DNA from: Octopus sinensis | Lineage: Eukaryota | Length of the DNA: 64,000 nucleotides | Direction of reading: 5' to 3' | NCBI RefSeq assembly: GCF_006345805.1 | Contig: NC_043002.1 | Location: 52,762,001-52,826,000, forward strand | In this document: positions 1 through 16,455 of the stretch, piece after piece | How positions within the stretch are numbered: position 1 is the stretch's first letter | Layout: each line of letters opens with the position of its first letter | The notes under the pieces: generated by a model | What the model was told of the DNA's origin: nothing | Databases searched by the model: none | What the model saw: the letters and a program-made list of their open reading frames with translations, nothing else | Program-made: the position numbers and the translations under genes

Positions 1-306
1 GAGAATTCTAACATAGAATTGCCTATTTCACATTTAAGATTTTTAAGCTACAAAATCAATTTCTGTTCATAGAAAAATACACGTTTCTCATTACAAAAAC
101 ATTTTTTTGTTTATATATTTCTATATACATTCACACATAAGTAGACAGTGAATACAAATATCGAATACAATTGGTCACATCTGTTTTCCTCACAACCATT
201 TAAATATATATGCACACGTACATACACTCTCGTTCTCTCTTTTTGTCTCCCTCTTTTTCTCCTTCTCTCTCTCTCTCTCTCTCTCACTCTCTCTTTCAAT
301 CTCTCG

Positions 307-339
<33 letters not shown>

Positions 340-345
340 ATTATA

Positions 346-395
<50 letters not shown>

Positions 396-402
396 ACCAC
401 TA

Positions 403-2537
<2,135 letters not shown>

Positions 2538-3770
2538 TATATACATATGTATGTATCTATATACATACATACATACATATCTGTATATTTCATAAAAGAT
2601 ATATAGAGCTGATGTACCACTCATGTAAGTATAATTCTGTTTCACTTCACATAGGGCACAGAAACTACGGACGTTTGGTGAGTTGTTGGTGATCCACATC
2701 AACCAAAAGTGGGGTGGAGCTTGATCGGATATCCACGTTGTAATGACTCTCGAAGGTCACATGACCACACTGGAGTTATACGCTATGGGGGGAGCGGAGA
2801 AAAAGTCAGTAAGACTGGGAGCACAGGGAACTTGGTGGCTCTCTTACTAGAAGGATAGGAAAAGCAGAAGAAAAATATATAGCAGTGCATCGAAAGCTAG
2901 ACAGATATAACAACACCAGGTTTTAAAATCGAAGGCTACGGCTACAACCGCTGTTGCTAGAACACTACGGAAAGCGGGAGAAATCTCCTTACGTAAAGCA
3001 AGGGAAATCTCCTTATGTAAAGTGAGGGAAATCGTTTTATTCTCAAAAGCCCACAAATACAAGCTGCAAACGATGACAGAGAAACCTCAAGTATAGAACT
3101 AGCCAAAGTCTTCAACAGTCAGTACCACCCCGGCGTCATGTGGCAATGGAAAGGAGACCCTGACTGAAGTAAGGCGGGAAAACACTAGAAAAAGAAAAAG
3201 GGTGCAAAACAAGAAAATTAATGAGCACGACAAACGGTAAGTAAGACACTAGAGGTCTCTACCGATTAAGCACCCATCCTAAGGAGTTCCTGAACTTTAC
3301 AATACGCCATCAAACGTTCAATAGAGGACACGAAAGCCAAAAGCTACAGTTAGAACGTATATTTTTATTTAATGGATACATTCGAGGGTCATGTCTTTTC
3401 CTTCACATACTTCTTGTAGAAAATGGTCGTAGTCTCAACCGACTTGTTGTATAGTAACCCTGATTGAATAGACAAGCTGTGATGTGCTTTATGGTGTCCA
3501 CATATGCCAAGTTACTAAATTGTTCCCAGATATTTTAACTCTCTTCTTTTAATACTTTCCCTGTTATACCAATCTGGCGGTATTATCTCTACTTCGGTAA
3601 CACGAGATCTTTTGCTGCTCGATTTAAACCGACACAGTTTTTTTTTTCCTTTTTATCCTTGTGCTCCTTAATCGCTTTACATTCAACCCCACATAGTAAA
3701 ACCTCACAGCGGACTCTGTCTTTCTAGATTGGTTGAAGAAACGATTAATTACTGTAATATTTAGATGTCC

Positions 3771-3984
3771 TAAGGTGGTGAGCTAGTAGAGTCGTTAGCA
3801 CGTCTGGCAAAATGCTTGGCGGCATTTCGTCAGTCTTTGCGTTCTGAGTTCATATTCCGCTGGAATCGACTCCGTCTTCCGTTCTTTCGAGATCGATAAA
3901 AGAATTACTAGTTCAGCACTGGGGTCCATTTAATCGACTCAGCCCCTCCCCCAAAACTGCTGGCCTTGTTCCAAAACTTGAAGC
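3771..3984 (+). mobile_element. tRNA-derived SINE family A (head GGCGGCGAGCTGGCAGAA), diverged copy
   Basis: Recognisable head and body, flanked by the 16-bp TSD TAATATTTAGATGTCC (3755-3770 and 3985-4000). Confidence 0.8.
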
Positions 3985-4094
3985 TAATATTTAGATGTCC
4001 GCGAAGGTTAATATAAGGCTAAAATGCACATATTTTTCACTGAATAAATGCCCTCGATTAGACAAATTAAGATGTAACTTATGAGATCTACCCT

Positions 4095-4144
<50 letters not shown>

Positions 4145-4454
4145 CAAACACACATACATAGATGCATTCTTCCATGCTTATAAGCAAAGGTATATTCATA
4201 CTATACTTGCATACATAGTGGTTGTGGCGGGAGAGGGGATTCGCGGAAACAATGATGATAATGATGGTAATGGTGATATCGATTAAGAAGGTTGTGAAGA
4301 TTTAACAGCTATGGTACACGTAGCATGATTTATAATGGCCTGTCACTTTCTTATTCCTAACACATTAACATTGCCATGAGAACCATTATGAGCTGTGAGG
4401 GTGTTGATGGTGGAGGTTGAGTGAGAACGACGCAAGAGGTGGTGATACAGAAGT

Positions 4455-4950
4455 GCTGGTGGTGATGGTGGTGGTGGTGGTGGTGGTGGTGGTGGTTGAT
4501 GTAGTGGTGGCAGTGGAGCTGCTGCTGGTGGTGGTACTGGTGATGGTACTGGTGGTGGTGGTGGTGGTGGTGGTGGTTGTGGTGGTGGTGGTGGTTTTGG
4601 CGGAAGTTGTGGTGGTGAGGATGATGGTGGTGGTAAGGATGATTTCTGTTATAGTTATTTTTGTTAACGTTTTTTAAAGCCGTTGTTGTTTCTGTAGTTG
4701 TGGTGAGTAGTTGTTGCTGTTGTTGTTGTTATTGTTGTTGTTGTTGTGCGTGATGATTATGATGGTGATGGTGGTGGTGGTGGTGGTGGTGGTGGTGGTG
4801 GTAGCAGTGATCCTGATGGTAGTGGTAGTCGGCCGTGGCGACGACGGCGGCAGCGGTGGTCATGATGATGATGATGATGATGACGACGACGACGACGACG
4901 ACGATGACAAAGACGACGATGACGACGATAGAGAGGATGATGATTATGGC
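4455..4950. repeat. Compound trinucleotide microsatellite (GGT/GTT/GAT/GAC)n
   Basis: Directly visible; explains the poly-V, poly-D and poly-H ORFs. Confidence 0.9.
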
Positions 4951-5573
4951 GGTATGTTTATGATTATCTCGTGGGAGATAGTTATTTTGGCATTTCTGCA
5001 TGATTTAAATATATTTTAATAAGAATTGCTCATAATTTTGTGTCATTTTACAATGTTGCAATTGTTACGATTGTTTTCGTTTTTGTTGTCGTTGCTTAGT
5101 TCCAGGTCAGCACCGATGGAGTTGACCTATGGTGGCAATGGTGGCGATTGTTGTGTTTGTCGCAATGGTGGTGGTAAGGGTACTGCTACTGCTGCCAGTG
5201 GTTGTGGTGACGGTAGCACTGAAGTAGTCATAGTGGTATAGGTGTCGGCGAATGGTGGTATAGTGGTATAGATGGTGGTATATTGGTATGGTGGCATAGT
5301 GGTATAGGTGTCGGCGATAGGTGTCGGCGAAGTATCTAATTTCTTTATTGCCCACAAGGGGTTAAACATAGAGGGGGACAAACAAGGGCAATGGGGGTGA
5401 AGTATCTGTGATGGTGGTGCTGATAGTAATGCCATTACTGTTTCATTTTTTGCTTTGTTTTACTTTATTTTTTAGTCTGCATTTTTATATTTTTCTTATC
5501 GAAATTAATGGTAAAGCGGCGTGCTGGTAGAATCGTTAGCACGTCGGACAAAATGCTAAGAATCATTTCTTCC

Positions 5574-6275
5574 CAGGTGTTCTCAATCACTTTTTTCTCT
5601 ATAGAAAATTGATTACTGTTTCATTCTGGTGGACCCCCATAACCATTTAATGTTTAAAAACTAGTTTTAGAGTTACTTCTTTCAAAATTGAAAGGTGCAT
5701 GGCTCAGTAGTTAGAGCATCAGGTTCACAATCATTGGGTGGTGAGTTCGATCCCCGGACCGGGATGTGTATTGTGTTCTTGAGCAAGACACTTTATTTCA
5801 CATTGTTTCAATACAGTCAGCTGTAGAACTGAGTTGCGACGTCAGTGGTACCAAGCTGTGCCAGTCTTTGTCTTTCCCTTGGACATCAGTGGCGTAGGGA
5901 GAGGGAGGTGGTATGCATGGACGACGGTTAGTTTTCCATAAACCAACCTTGCCCGGAGTCGTACCTCGGAGGGTAAACTCCTAGGTGAAATTCCATGGTC
6001 ATTCGTGACCAAAAGGGGTCTTTGCTCTTTTCCTTTTCAAAATTCCTATTTTGTTTTTCACACATTAACTTGTGTAGGTTGAACTATGTTAAAATGTTAG
6101 AGAGTGAAACCTAGCTGTTTCTTGCAATATATGCCCATACATACATCTGAAGCAATTTTTTTCAGGGACCCTTAAATACTATGGTGGATCCTCAATTTAC
6201 CAATTTGTTACGTGGACCTCCAAAAATCTTATATGAACTCTCAGGGATCTTATGAACCTCGGTTGAGAACCAGTG
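5574..6275. mobile_element. hAT-type MITE (TIR like CAGTGGTTCTCAACC), interrupted by a SINE
   Basis: Ends CAGGTGTTCTCAATC and GGTTGAGAACCAGTG. The interior matches the uninterrupted copy at 61702-62023. Confidence 0.8.
5690..6034 (+). mobile_element. tRNA-derived SINE family C (GTGTTCTTGAGCAAGACACTT central motif)
   Basis: A-box TGGCTCAGTAGTTAGAGC and B-box GAGTTCGATCC. TSD TTTCAAAATT at 5680-5689 and 6035-6044. Homologous to 16121-16455. Confidence 0.85.
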
Positions 6276-8188
6276 GACTAAACGTTCAGAGCTCAAATTC
6301 CACCCAAGTCAAGTTTGCCTTTCATCCTTTCAGCGTCAATAAAATATGTACCAGCTTAGCACTTAGGTCAATGTAATCGATTAATTTCTGGTCTTGTGTA
6401 TATAGCAGAAAGGTTATTAATGCTGATATTTTCAAGTCTTTCCAAAGATTTAATGTATTTCGAACGAAACAACTTCTCTTTCCTTCTTCATTTAGGTATT
6501 ATCAGTAGAAACCCTGATCAAACAGACCTTGGATCAAAAGCATTCTCTCGTCTTTATATTTGAAACATCGAGAACTACATCATCCAAAGTGCCGTATCCT
6601 TTTGGGGGGTTTGGGGGTTTTTTTTGCTTTAAACGTTAGAGAGTGATTTGAAAGGGATTTTGGTCGCTATTTCTAGCTGTCTTGTGGTTGTTGTAGTGGT
6701 GACGATGGCAGAATATTGGTGTTAGTTGTACTAGTGGTTTATAGTTGTTGACATGGTTCAATCCCTCATATGACTTGAGCCGGCAAACTTACTACCATAA
6801 ACATTCCACATATGAACATTCTATTTTTCCTAATTTCCGTGGTTGGTAGGTGAGAAGATTCCTCGATGATTTTTAGAAAAAGCGAAACTACGATGACGAT
6901 TTTCACTATTAACTGCCAAATCTCCTCTGTACTTAAATATATACTCGTGTATGTGTGTGTTTTTATACACACATACATACATACATACATACAACATACA
7001 TACATACATACATACATACATATCCACATACACACACAACCCTCCACTCACACAACCCTTCACACACAAAACCATCCACACACACAACCCTCCACACACA
7101 CATACATGCGCACACATATATACACACATGTACATACACTTTCGCACTCACTCAAACGCACAAACACGCACACATCCCCACACGCACACACGAATACATA
7201 CGCATATATATACAGAGACAGAGACATACAGAGTGACACAGAGAGAGAGTGAAACACACACGCGCGCACCCATGCACATGTTCACACACACACACACACA
7301 TACACACATTCCCACTCCGTCTACGTACACATGCCAACACACACACATCCGCACCCACCCATTCACACACCCTTCAGATTGATTCTCAGACACCTTCAAA
7401 CTGCCCCGACTCACTACTGACCATCCCATATACGCATACGTGCAAAAACACACATACACACACACACTGCCACAACCACCCATACACAAACCTGTCACTA
7501 TAGCTGCTGATCTCTCACTACGACATTAACACATACAGACCACTCACACAACACAAACACATGTAAACAGTTAATACCACACACCACACACACACACCCA
7601 GAGTTACCACTACATGCACACTCATACATAGAGTTACCACCACATGCACACACGCACATAGTTACCACCACACACACACACACACAAAGTTACTCCCACA
7701 CACACACTACCATCCACACACACGCTATTACATACACGCACACATGCCACCACCACCACATGCATACACGCTACCACGTACACACACACACACACTCAGT
7801 TACTGCCACACACATATATGCTACCATGCACACACGCTATCACACACATGCACATGCCACCACACACATGCATAGACACACACACACACACACATACACA
7901 CAAATACCAACCATTCTTCACACTCTCCTGTCCCGGAAAGCACTTTCTCTTTGTCCATCTACTTCCAGTCATTTTAAAAATGAAACTACACGTAGACTAT
8001 TGGCGATTTTTCCTCCTTCTTTTTCCTTTGGAGTTTCCTTTGTCTCCTGTTTCCGAAGAAGCGCTTTGCTCCAAACCCCAAAAAAAAAATCTTTCCTTCT
8101 TTGAACTTCTTATTAATACTTTGCAGGTGTCCTTGATTTGTTGTGATTTCTTGTCTTTTTTTCTCCATTTTTTTTAATTACATATTTA

Positions 8189-8820
8189 GGCGCAAGAGTG
8201 GTTGTGTGGTAAGAAGCAGGAGTGGCGGAGAGCTGGCAGAAATGTTAGCTTGCCGGGCGAAATACTTAGCGGTATTTCGTTTGCCGCTACGTTCTGAGTT
8301 CAATTCCGCCGAAGTCGACTTTACCTTTCATCCTTTCGGGGTCGATCAAATAAGTACCAGTTACGCACTGGGGTCGACATAATCGACTTAATCCGTTTGT
8401 CATTGTTTGTCCCCTCTGTGTGTAGCCCCTTGTGGGCAATAAAGAAATAAGAAGGAGGAGTGACTGTGTGGTAAGAAGTTTGCTTCCCAACCACACGGTT
8501 CCGGGTTCAGTCCCACTGCGTGACACCTTCGATAAGTGTCTCCTACTATAGCCTCGGGCCTACTAAAACCTTGCGAGTGGATTTGGTAGGCGGAAACTGA
8601 AAGTAGCCCGTCGTATGTATATGTATATATGTGTGTGTATGTATGTATGTATTTGTGTCTGTGTTTCTCCCCCCACCATCGCTTGACAACCGATGTTGGT
8701 GTGTTTACGTCCCCGTAACTTAATGGTACTTAAGTACTAGGCTTACAAAGAATAAGTACTAGGATCGATTTGGTCGACTAAAGACGGTGTTCAAGTATGA
8801 CCGCAGTCAAATGACTAAGA
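8189..8820 (+). mobile_element. SINE family B (CORE-like central region) with a family A SINE inserted in its head (about 8222-8452)
   Basis: The head segment GAGTGG(T/C)TGTGTGGTAAGAAG is duplicated on both sides of a near-complete family A copy. It continues with B-box GGTTCAGTCC and CACCTTCGATAAGTGTCT. Confidence 0.75.
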
Positions 8821-8869
8821 GAATAAAGGATATATATACGCGTGTGTGTAAAGGGGGAAGAACTTAGAA

Positions 8870-8982
8870 TGTTCCCGTGCATACCAGCCTCCCGTTTCCA
8901 CGCCACCGATGTTGTCGAAAGGAATCGAACTCACAACCTCACAATCGCAAGCCCGATGCTCTAACCACTGAGCCGTACGCCA
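8870..8982 (-). mobile_element. Internally deleted family C SINE
   Basis: Minus strand GGCGTACGGCTCAGTGGTTAGAGCATCGGG...GAGTTCGATTCC joined directly to the ACATCGGTGGCGTGG...GGCTGGTATGCA segment. Confidence 0.65.
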
Positions 8983-9440
8983 TCTTGACAAACGTTTCAA
9001 TAACAAGAACTGGATGGGCACCGGTCCAAAGTATAATGGCAACTAAAAATAAAACCGGTAAAACATTAGCTACGTGTGGACACTGTTACGACACTAGCCC
9101 GTTGTGTGTGTATGTGTGTGTGTGTATGTGTGTGCGTGTGCGTGCGTGCGTTTGTGTGTATGTGTGTGTTTGAATGTGTAGATAGATAGATAGATAGATA
9201 CATACATACATACATACATACATACATACATACATACATACATACATACATACATACATGCATATGGTTTTTTCGCTAAAACATGGCCAGCTATATCAAA
9301 ATCCTTTCTACGTGAGTTGAAACATCGGACTATGCGGTAGTGAAGCAATAAACCGAATCTACCAACTCTGTTCCGGGGAATTCTTTTATACTCTTGATTA
9401 CAACAATCACTCGGTTGAAATTCATTCTCTCACTCATTCA

Positions 9441-9494
<54 letters not shown>

Positions 9495-12002
9495 ATTTGT
9501 ATATGTGTGTATGTGTCTGTGCGTGTCTTTGTGTGTGTATGTGTGTGTGTGTGTGTGTGTCCGTGTGTGTGTCTGTGTGATTATCTGTTTATCTGTATAT
9601 GTAACACTTCTGATTCTTTATTTGAAATTATAGGCAGATGTTTTTGCTAATGCCTCTCAACTGTTTACAAACGTATAATTTACGCTGTTTAACGAGTTTA
9701 AATGAGATTTGTAACCGAGACGATTCCATAATTCTTCACAAGAGTTGACAATTATATGGAAGCAATGTTTAAATATTCATCACTTCCTTCCATGTAATTC
9801 CTTTCATCATTCCCTTTATAGAAGTAATTGTAGCATATTTAATAAGGCATTGTTAACTAAACACATACGCAAACGCACACAGACACATACATACATCTAT
9901 ACATACATACATAAAATGTATGTATACAGTATTGTGTATTGTATATGCATATATATATGTGCAGTATTGTATATTATATATACTATATATGCGCATATGC
10001 ATAAATATATATATATATACATAAATACATACATACATACATACATATTATATATTATGTATGTACTGATGCATGTATTAGTATATATACGTATATTGTT
10101 AATGCACTCAGATATAGTATATACAATATAACTACGTATAATGTTTAGCATATGTATATTAGATTATAGACATGCTATGTTATGTATCATAAAAATTATA
10201 TTAAGTGTTTGTATATGCAAGTATGGACAGAGTAACGGATGGCTAAATATGCGTATGTTCTTGATATGTGTATTTGCGCCTACAGATATATAGCTCTGAA
10301 TGCATATCTTCCTGTATCTGTATTCTGTACTTTCATTTATATTCACATGTCTCTGTGAGTGTGTGTGTGTGAGCTATGAAGCTATGTGCTGCTTGTATCT
10401 ATATGATGTACATATAATGTCTGTACTGTGTGCATTATAATGTATATAGGTGCGAATATGTAGAAGGATTCAAATATGGTATGTAAGTTTCTATGTGTGT
10501 CTGTATTGCGTTTGTAAATCAAATTTACATTACAAAATAAGTCCTGATATGCATACAGGTGTGTAGTTAAAGTTTAAATGAAAGGCAATGGTAAAAACAT
10601 GATAAAACCTCTACCATAGTCTCGAATCGATCAAAACCTTGTGAGTGAAGTTTAATAGGTGGGAATTCGCGTTGAATGGAACTTCCTGTAGATTTAATCG
10701 GTTTCCCCCGTTTAACACCACTGACCTATGAGTTCTTTCCGCGAAATCCGCTCTTTTGCAAACCTTTACGCTATGTTTTCGGTCTGGTGATAATTTTATC
10801 CCTCATTCTCACCAACTTTGGAGGCCCAGAGAATGTTTATGGATGCCGCCTTTATTCGTTTGACTAAACCTTCAAAATGAACGGTATCTGTGCAATCTGT
10901 GCCATAATCCCTTCTCAGAAACCAAGGTCAGTACTCTCTCTACGAATACTGTGTCGACGGTATTCTTGTTTATAGACTGGAAGGAACATGATGAGGTCTA
11001 CAAATACAGAAAGACAATGATGAGGTCTACAATGACAGAAAGACACCTGTACATCATTGGATTTAAGTGATAAAAACTTGTTCCACACTTGCCACTCTTT
11101 CGGTCGCCATGATAGCTTCAAACGCCAAGCATTGCTAAATGGCTAATACTCAGGTTTACTTATGGTGTTTCTGTAAACGCCTTTAAGTCATGGTTTAGCA
11201 TTCAACACTTCTGAAAACGCTTCAGTGTAAAAATATCAGAGGCTTTTAACCCAACGCTCTTACATTGTGACTCAGGAAAAATAGAGAAGACAAAATGATA
11301 TCCATTCTATTTTTCTTTTGCTTGATGATGACCAGATGTAATTTTTTATGCAATTGATAAAGCTGATATGCCGCAATGATTGTCACGGTTTCTTCTCGGA
11401 TATTTGTTATTTTATACATGAAATAACAAAGCATTTTTGAAATCTTAGGATATAATAGCTAGCTTCTCATAAGTTCGATATAGCCGTTTTGTTTTTGTTT
11501 TTTTTTTATTTAAACAAAGGCTTCAAGGCTTCACTTGGCGAAAAATGTTTAATATCTACGAAATAATGGTTGTATTTCAAGCAAGTAGCATGAAAACGAA
11601 AGAAGAAAAAAAGAAAAATCGAACTGTTAATTTCTTCGATATCGACTGTTGAATCATCGAATTCAGAACGCTCACTTAACTGACGCCTAGCAATGCAGAC
11701 GATTCACAGCAGAGTGAATGGTAGGAGTCACATCTGTGGTATCCAGTTGAGATACCAACGTAGGGCGTGTTAGCTGTGGTGGAGAGAATTAAACAATTTG
11801 CAATCCACGATAGAAAGACAGTGAAACCACCGGTTCAGATCCTCTTTCGTCCACAGCCCTTAACCACGGGAAAAGAAAAATGTACGGCTAAGATGTATCG
11901 GTTCGTAACTTTGTCAAACAATCATGGATGAAATTTCCGGCCATATTTTTCTCTTTGTGGTCAATGATGCCTTAAATATATATATATATATATATATATA
12001 AT

Positions 12003-12037
<35 letters not shown>

Positions 12038-12189
12038 ATTATAGTATCTAATTGTGAGATTGATTAGTCACCTTGAATTTTGATGAACGAATCCTAGTTG
12101 TAGAAGTAGCTTCATAAACTTCACTCTTTGTTTTCTCTCTGTGTGCACATTAAAAATAGATATATAATATATAGATATATATATATATT

Positions 12190-12224
<35 letters not shown>

Positions 12225-12303
12225 TATAGATAGATAGATAGATAGATAGACAGACAAACAGGCAGACAGACAGGCAGGCAGGCAGGCAGACAGGCAGGCA
12301 GGC

Positions 12304-12370
<67 letters not shown>

Positions 12371-12800
12371 CAGACAGATATAGATATATACCTATATATA
12401 TATTGTATATCAAACCCAAGCTGTTTATATTTAATTTGTTTATCCGTATAATTGCCTCCATATATATGCATATATATGCACACATGTATATACAAAATAC
12501 ATACACACGTGTCCATATATATGCATATATATGCACACATACATATACACAATACAGAGGCATGTGTGTATACACACACAGACACACACACACACGTATA
12601 CACACACTCAGAAATAAAGATTGAAACATAAATATTTCTATGTACAATTAAGACAAGAATATCCATTTTTTAAAACGGTGAAGATATGATGTGAGGTAGA
12701 TTTAGCTGCTATTTCTCGCCAGATCTCGACTACAGAGACACTCCCTAGATGCTTCATTAATGTGTCTCTCGAGTGATGAGCATCGTAAACAAGAAAGCTT

Positions 12801-12900
12801 NNNNNNNNNNNNNNNNNNNNNNNNNNNNNNNNNNNNNNNNNNNNNNNNNNNNNNNNNNNNNNNNNNNNNNNNNNNNNNNNNNNNNNNNNNNNNNNNNNNN
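12801..12900. other. Assembly gap (100 N)
   Basis: Run of 100 N, immediately preceded by AAGCTT (12795-12800). Confidence 0.99.
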
Positions 12901-14599
12901 GTCTATGTATCTCACATGTGTGTGTGTCCCTCTCTTTTCCCCCTCTCTTTCTCTCATCTCTTCTTCTGTATATATATATATATATATATATGTTTTGTTG
13001 TTTCTTTCTGTCGTCTCTTTTCTGTTCATCGCCGTTTTGCTTTTACTTTTTTATTTATTTATTTATTCATTGATTTCTTTATTTGCATCGTTGTTTGTTT
13101 CCACATCGACAAGGAATCTGAACTAATGTGTATCAGTCGGAATTGGTTGGATCCAAATATGTCTCCCCACACTCACTCCTTATGCTATGTGTATGTATGC
13201 GTATGGTGTACGTGTCTTCTGTGTGTGTTAATGTGGTCTTGTAACAAAAACTCTATTTTTCTAGTGTGCATTTAAGACAGTCTTCGATGTATGTATTTGT
13301 GTGCGTGCGTTTGTGTGCATGCGTCTGGCAAATTCATAAATATTCAAAGGAAATTCCGTCGGTTAAACGAAGCAATTTAGTGTCTTGATTCCGAAGATTA
13401 CATTAGAATGACCTGATAGATGGCGTCTCGGTCCGAATTTTAATCAGTGAAACGTAAACGGAGACAGCGATGAACGTCAGCAGAGGTTCAGGGCGCATTT
13501 GGGCATTAAAATGAAAGTGAAAGTGAAAGAACGAAAAAGAAAGAGAGAAAGAATGATGGAAAGAAAGAATCAGAGTTATTGGAAGTTTATTCCTAATCCT
13601 TTAATGACACCAAGATTCCCTCCAATTAGTTTAATACATGATAAGATAATGGCAATGGCATGTCGTGCATACATACTTGTTTACCGCTGAACATATATAC
13701 ATATGTTATATATATACATATTATGTATACATGTATTATATATATATATCTATGTTTGTATGTATATATATATATATATATCTGTTTGTCTGTGTATGTA
13801 TATATGTATATGTATGTTTGTATGTATATATATAGATGTATATTTATGTTTGTATGTATATATATATATATCTGTTTGTCTGTGTATGTATATATGTATA
13901 TGTATGTTTGTATGTATATATATAGATGTATATTTATGTTTGTATATATATATATATATGTATATATATATGTATATTTATGTTTGTCTGTATATATATA
14001 TGTATGTGTATGTTTGTATGTATGTATGTAAATGTATGTTTACATGTATATATATATATGTATATGTATATTTGTATGTGCATATATATGTGTGTCTATA
14101 TGTTTGTATGTATATGTATATAAATGTTTGTATGTATATATATATATACATATATGTATATATGTATATGTGTGTATGTATGTATACATATATGTGTACG
14201 TATATATGTATATGGTTATGTATATATATATTATATATATATATATATGTAGGTATAAGTATGGATTTGGGGAATGACAGAGGGAGACAGAGAGAGAGAA
14301 AGAGGGAGGGAGAGAGGGTAGAAAGAGAGGGGAAGAGAGATGGAAGAAGGCAGAGTGAGGAAGACGAATGATACGTATATCTACTCAATTATAAACGATT
14401 GTTCAATTATATGACTTTTCCCACCGCTGTGTATATGTGTACATATGTGTGTGTAAGTATGTATACACATACACACACACATATATATAGTATGCCTGTA
14501 CGTATTAATAAAGTGATACATGGATAAATGGCAATATATGCGTGACACATACTTGTACATGTGTAATACGTGTATGTCTATACAGATAGACAGGCGTGT

Positions 14600-14635
14600 G
14601 TGTGTATATATATTATTTATATGTATATATATATC

Positions 14636-14666
<31 letters not shown>

Positions 14667-15258
14667 ATATGTGTATATATGTTATATGTTATATATGTAT
14701 ATATGGATATTATATATATATATATATGTATAGTATATATGTATTATATATATATGTATATGTATACATATATATATCTATCTATACATATATATATATA
14801 TATACATACATATATATTATATGTATATAATATATATGTATATATATATATGATGTCTATATATATATATGTATATATATATACTTATGTATATCTATAT
14901 ATCTATATATATATTAATCTTATGTGTGTGTATATATACTCTATATATATATATATATCTATATATATATCTAATATATATATATATATGTATATATTAT
15001 ATATATGTTATATATCTATATATGTATATATATCTATATATATATATTATATTATATATATCTGTATATATAATATTATGTGTGTATATATATATATGTG
15101 TATATATATATATATGTGTAATCTATATATATGTGTATATCTATATATATCATGTGTATCTATATATATATGTGTATATATATATATTGTGTATATATAT
15201 ATCATGTGTAATATATATATATCTGTATATATTATATATGTGTATATCTATATATGTG

Positions 15259-15289
<31 letters not shown>

Positions 15290-15760
15290 GTGTATATATA
15301 TATATCTATATATATATATATATATATATGTGTATATCTATATATATATATATATATATATATGTGTATATATCTATATATGTGTACTATATCTATATAT
15401 GTGTATATATATAATATATATAATGTATATATCTATGTATATATATATATATGTATATATATATTATATATGATATATATATATATGTATATAATATGAT
15501 ATACTATATCTAACATGTATATATATATCTATTTGTATGTAGGTATATATATATATATATAGATACATATATCTAGATACATATCTATATATATATAGAT
15601 ACATATATATATATATATAGATACATATATATATATATATATATAGATACATATATATATATATAGATACATATATATATATATATAATATATATAATAT
15701 ATGTATATATATATATTATATATAGATACATATATATATTATATATATATATATATATAT

Positions 15761-15794
<34 letters not shown>

Positions 15795-16120
15795 TACATA
15801 TATATATATATATATGTATATATATATTATATATATATATGTATATATATATAATGTATATAATATATATATATATATATACATATATATATGTATATAT
15901 ATCATGTATATATAATTATAGATAGATACATATATTATATATATATATGTTATATATATATAATATATATATATAGATACCTATATATATATATATTATA
16001 TATATAATATTAATATATAGATAACATATATATATGTATATATATATATATGTATATATATCTACTATCTATCTATATCTATATCTATATATTAGATATA
16101 ATATACCATACATATATATA
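14600..16120. repeat. Long degenerate (TA)n microsatellite field
   Basis: Directly visible; source of the YI-rich pseudo-ORFs such as 14520..15473. Confidence 0.95.
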
Positions 16121-16455
16121 GTGAAGCGCATGGCTCGGTGGTTAAATGTGGAACTTGCGACCGTGAGGTTGTGAGTTTGAATCTCGGACCGGGCAGCGTT
16201 TTGTGTTCTTGAGCAAGACACTTTATTTCACGTTGCTCAAGTTCACTCAGCTGTAGAAATGAGTTGCAACATCACTGGTGCCAAGCTGTATCAGTCCCCT
16301 TTGTCTTTCCCTTGGATAACATCAGTGGCATGGAGAAGGAGGCTGGTATGCATGGGCGCTGCTGGTCTTCCATAAACAACCTTGCCCAGATTTGTGCCTC
16401 AGAGGGTAACTTTCTAGGTGCAATCCCATGGTCATTCGTGACCGAAGGGCGTCTC
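16121..16455 (+). mobile_element. tRNA-derived SINE family C
   Basis: TGGCTCGGTGGTTAA, GAGTTTGAATC and GTGTTCTTGAGCAAGACACTT in order; colinear with 5690-6034. Confidence 0.85.

Larger units (their letters stand above)
5516..6415 (+). mobile_element. Family A SINE split by a hAT MITE
   Basis: Head GCGGCGTGCTGGTAGAATCGTTAGCACG at about 5516-5572. The body (...TTGCCTTTCATCCTTTC...GTACCAG) resumes after 6276. Confidence 0.7.

Noticed and set aside
4711-5019. Poly-Val/poly-Asp ORF resembling an acidic secreted protein
   Set aside because: Compound trinucleotide repeat with no splice or homology evidence.
10690-11870. Non-repetitive block with a minus-strand SNAWRL motif hinting at a piggyBac transposase
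   Set aside because: Only one short motif; no convincing TIR, TTAA pair or sustained reading frame.
14520-15473. 317-aa ORF and the many other YI-, CV-, HT- and poly-I-rich ORFs
   Set aside because: Translations of (TA)n, (TG)n, (TTA)n and similar microsatellites; no real protein signal.
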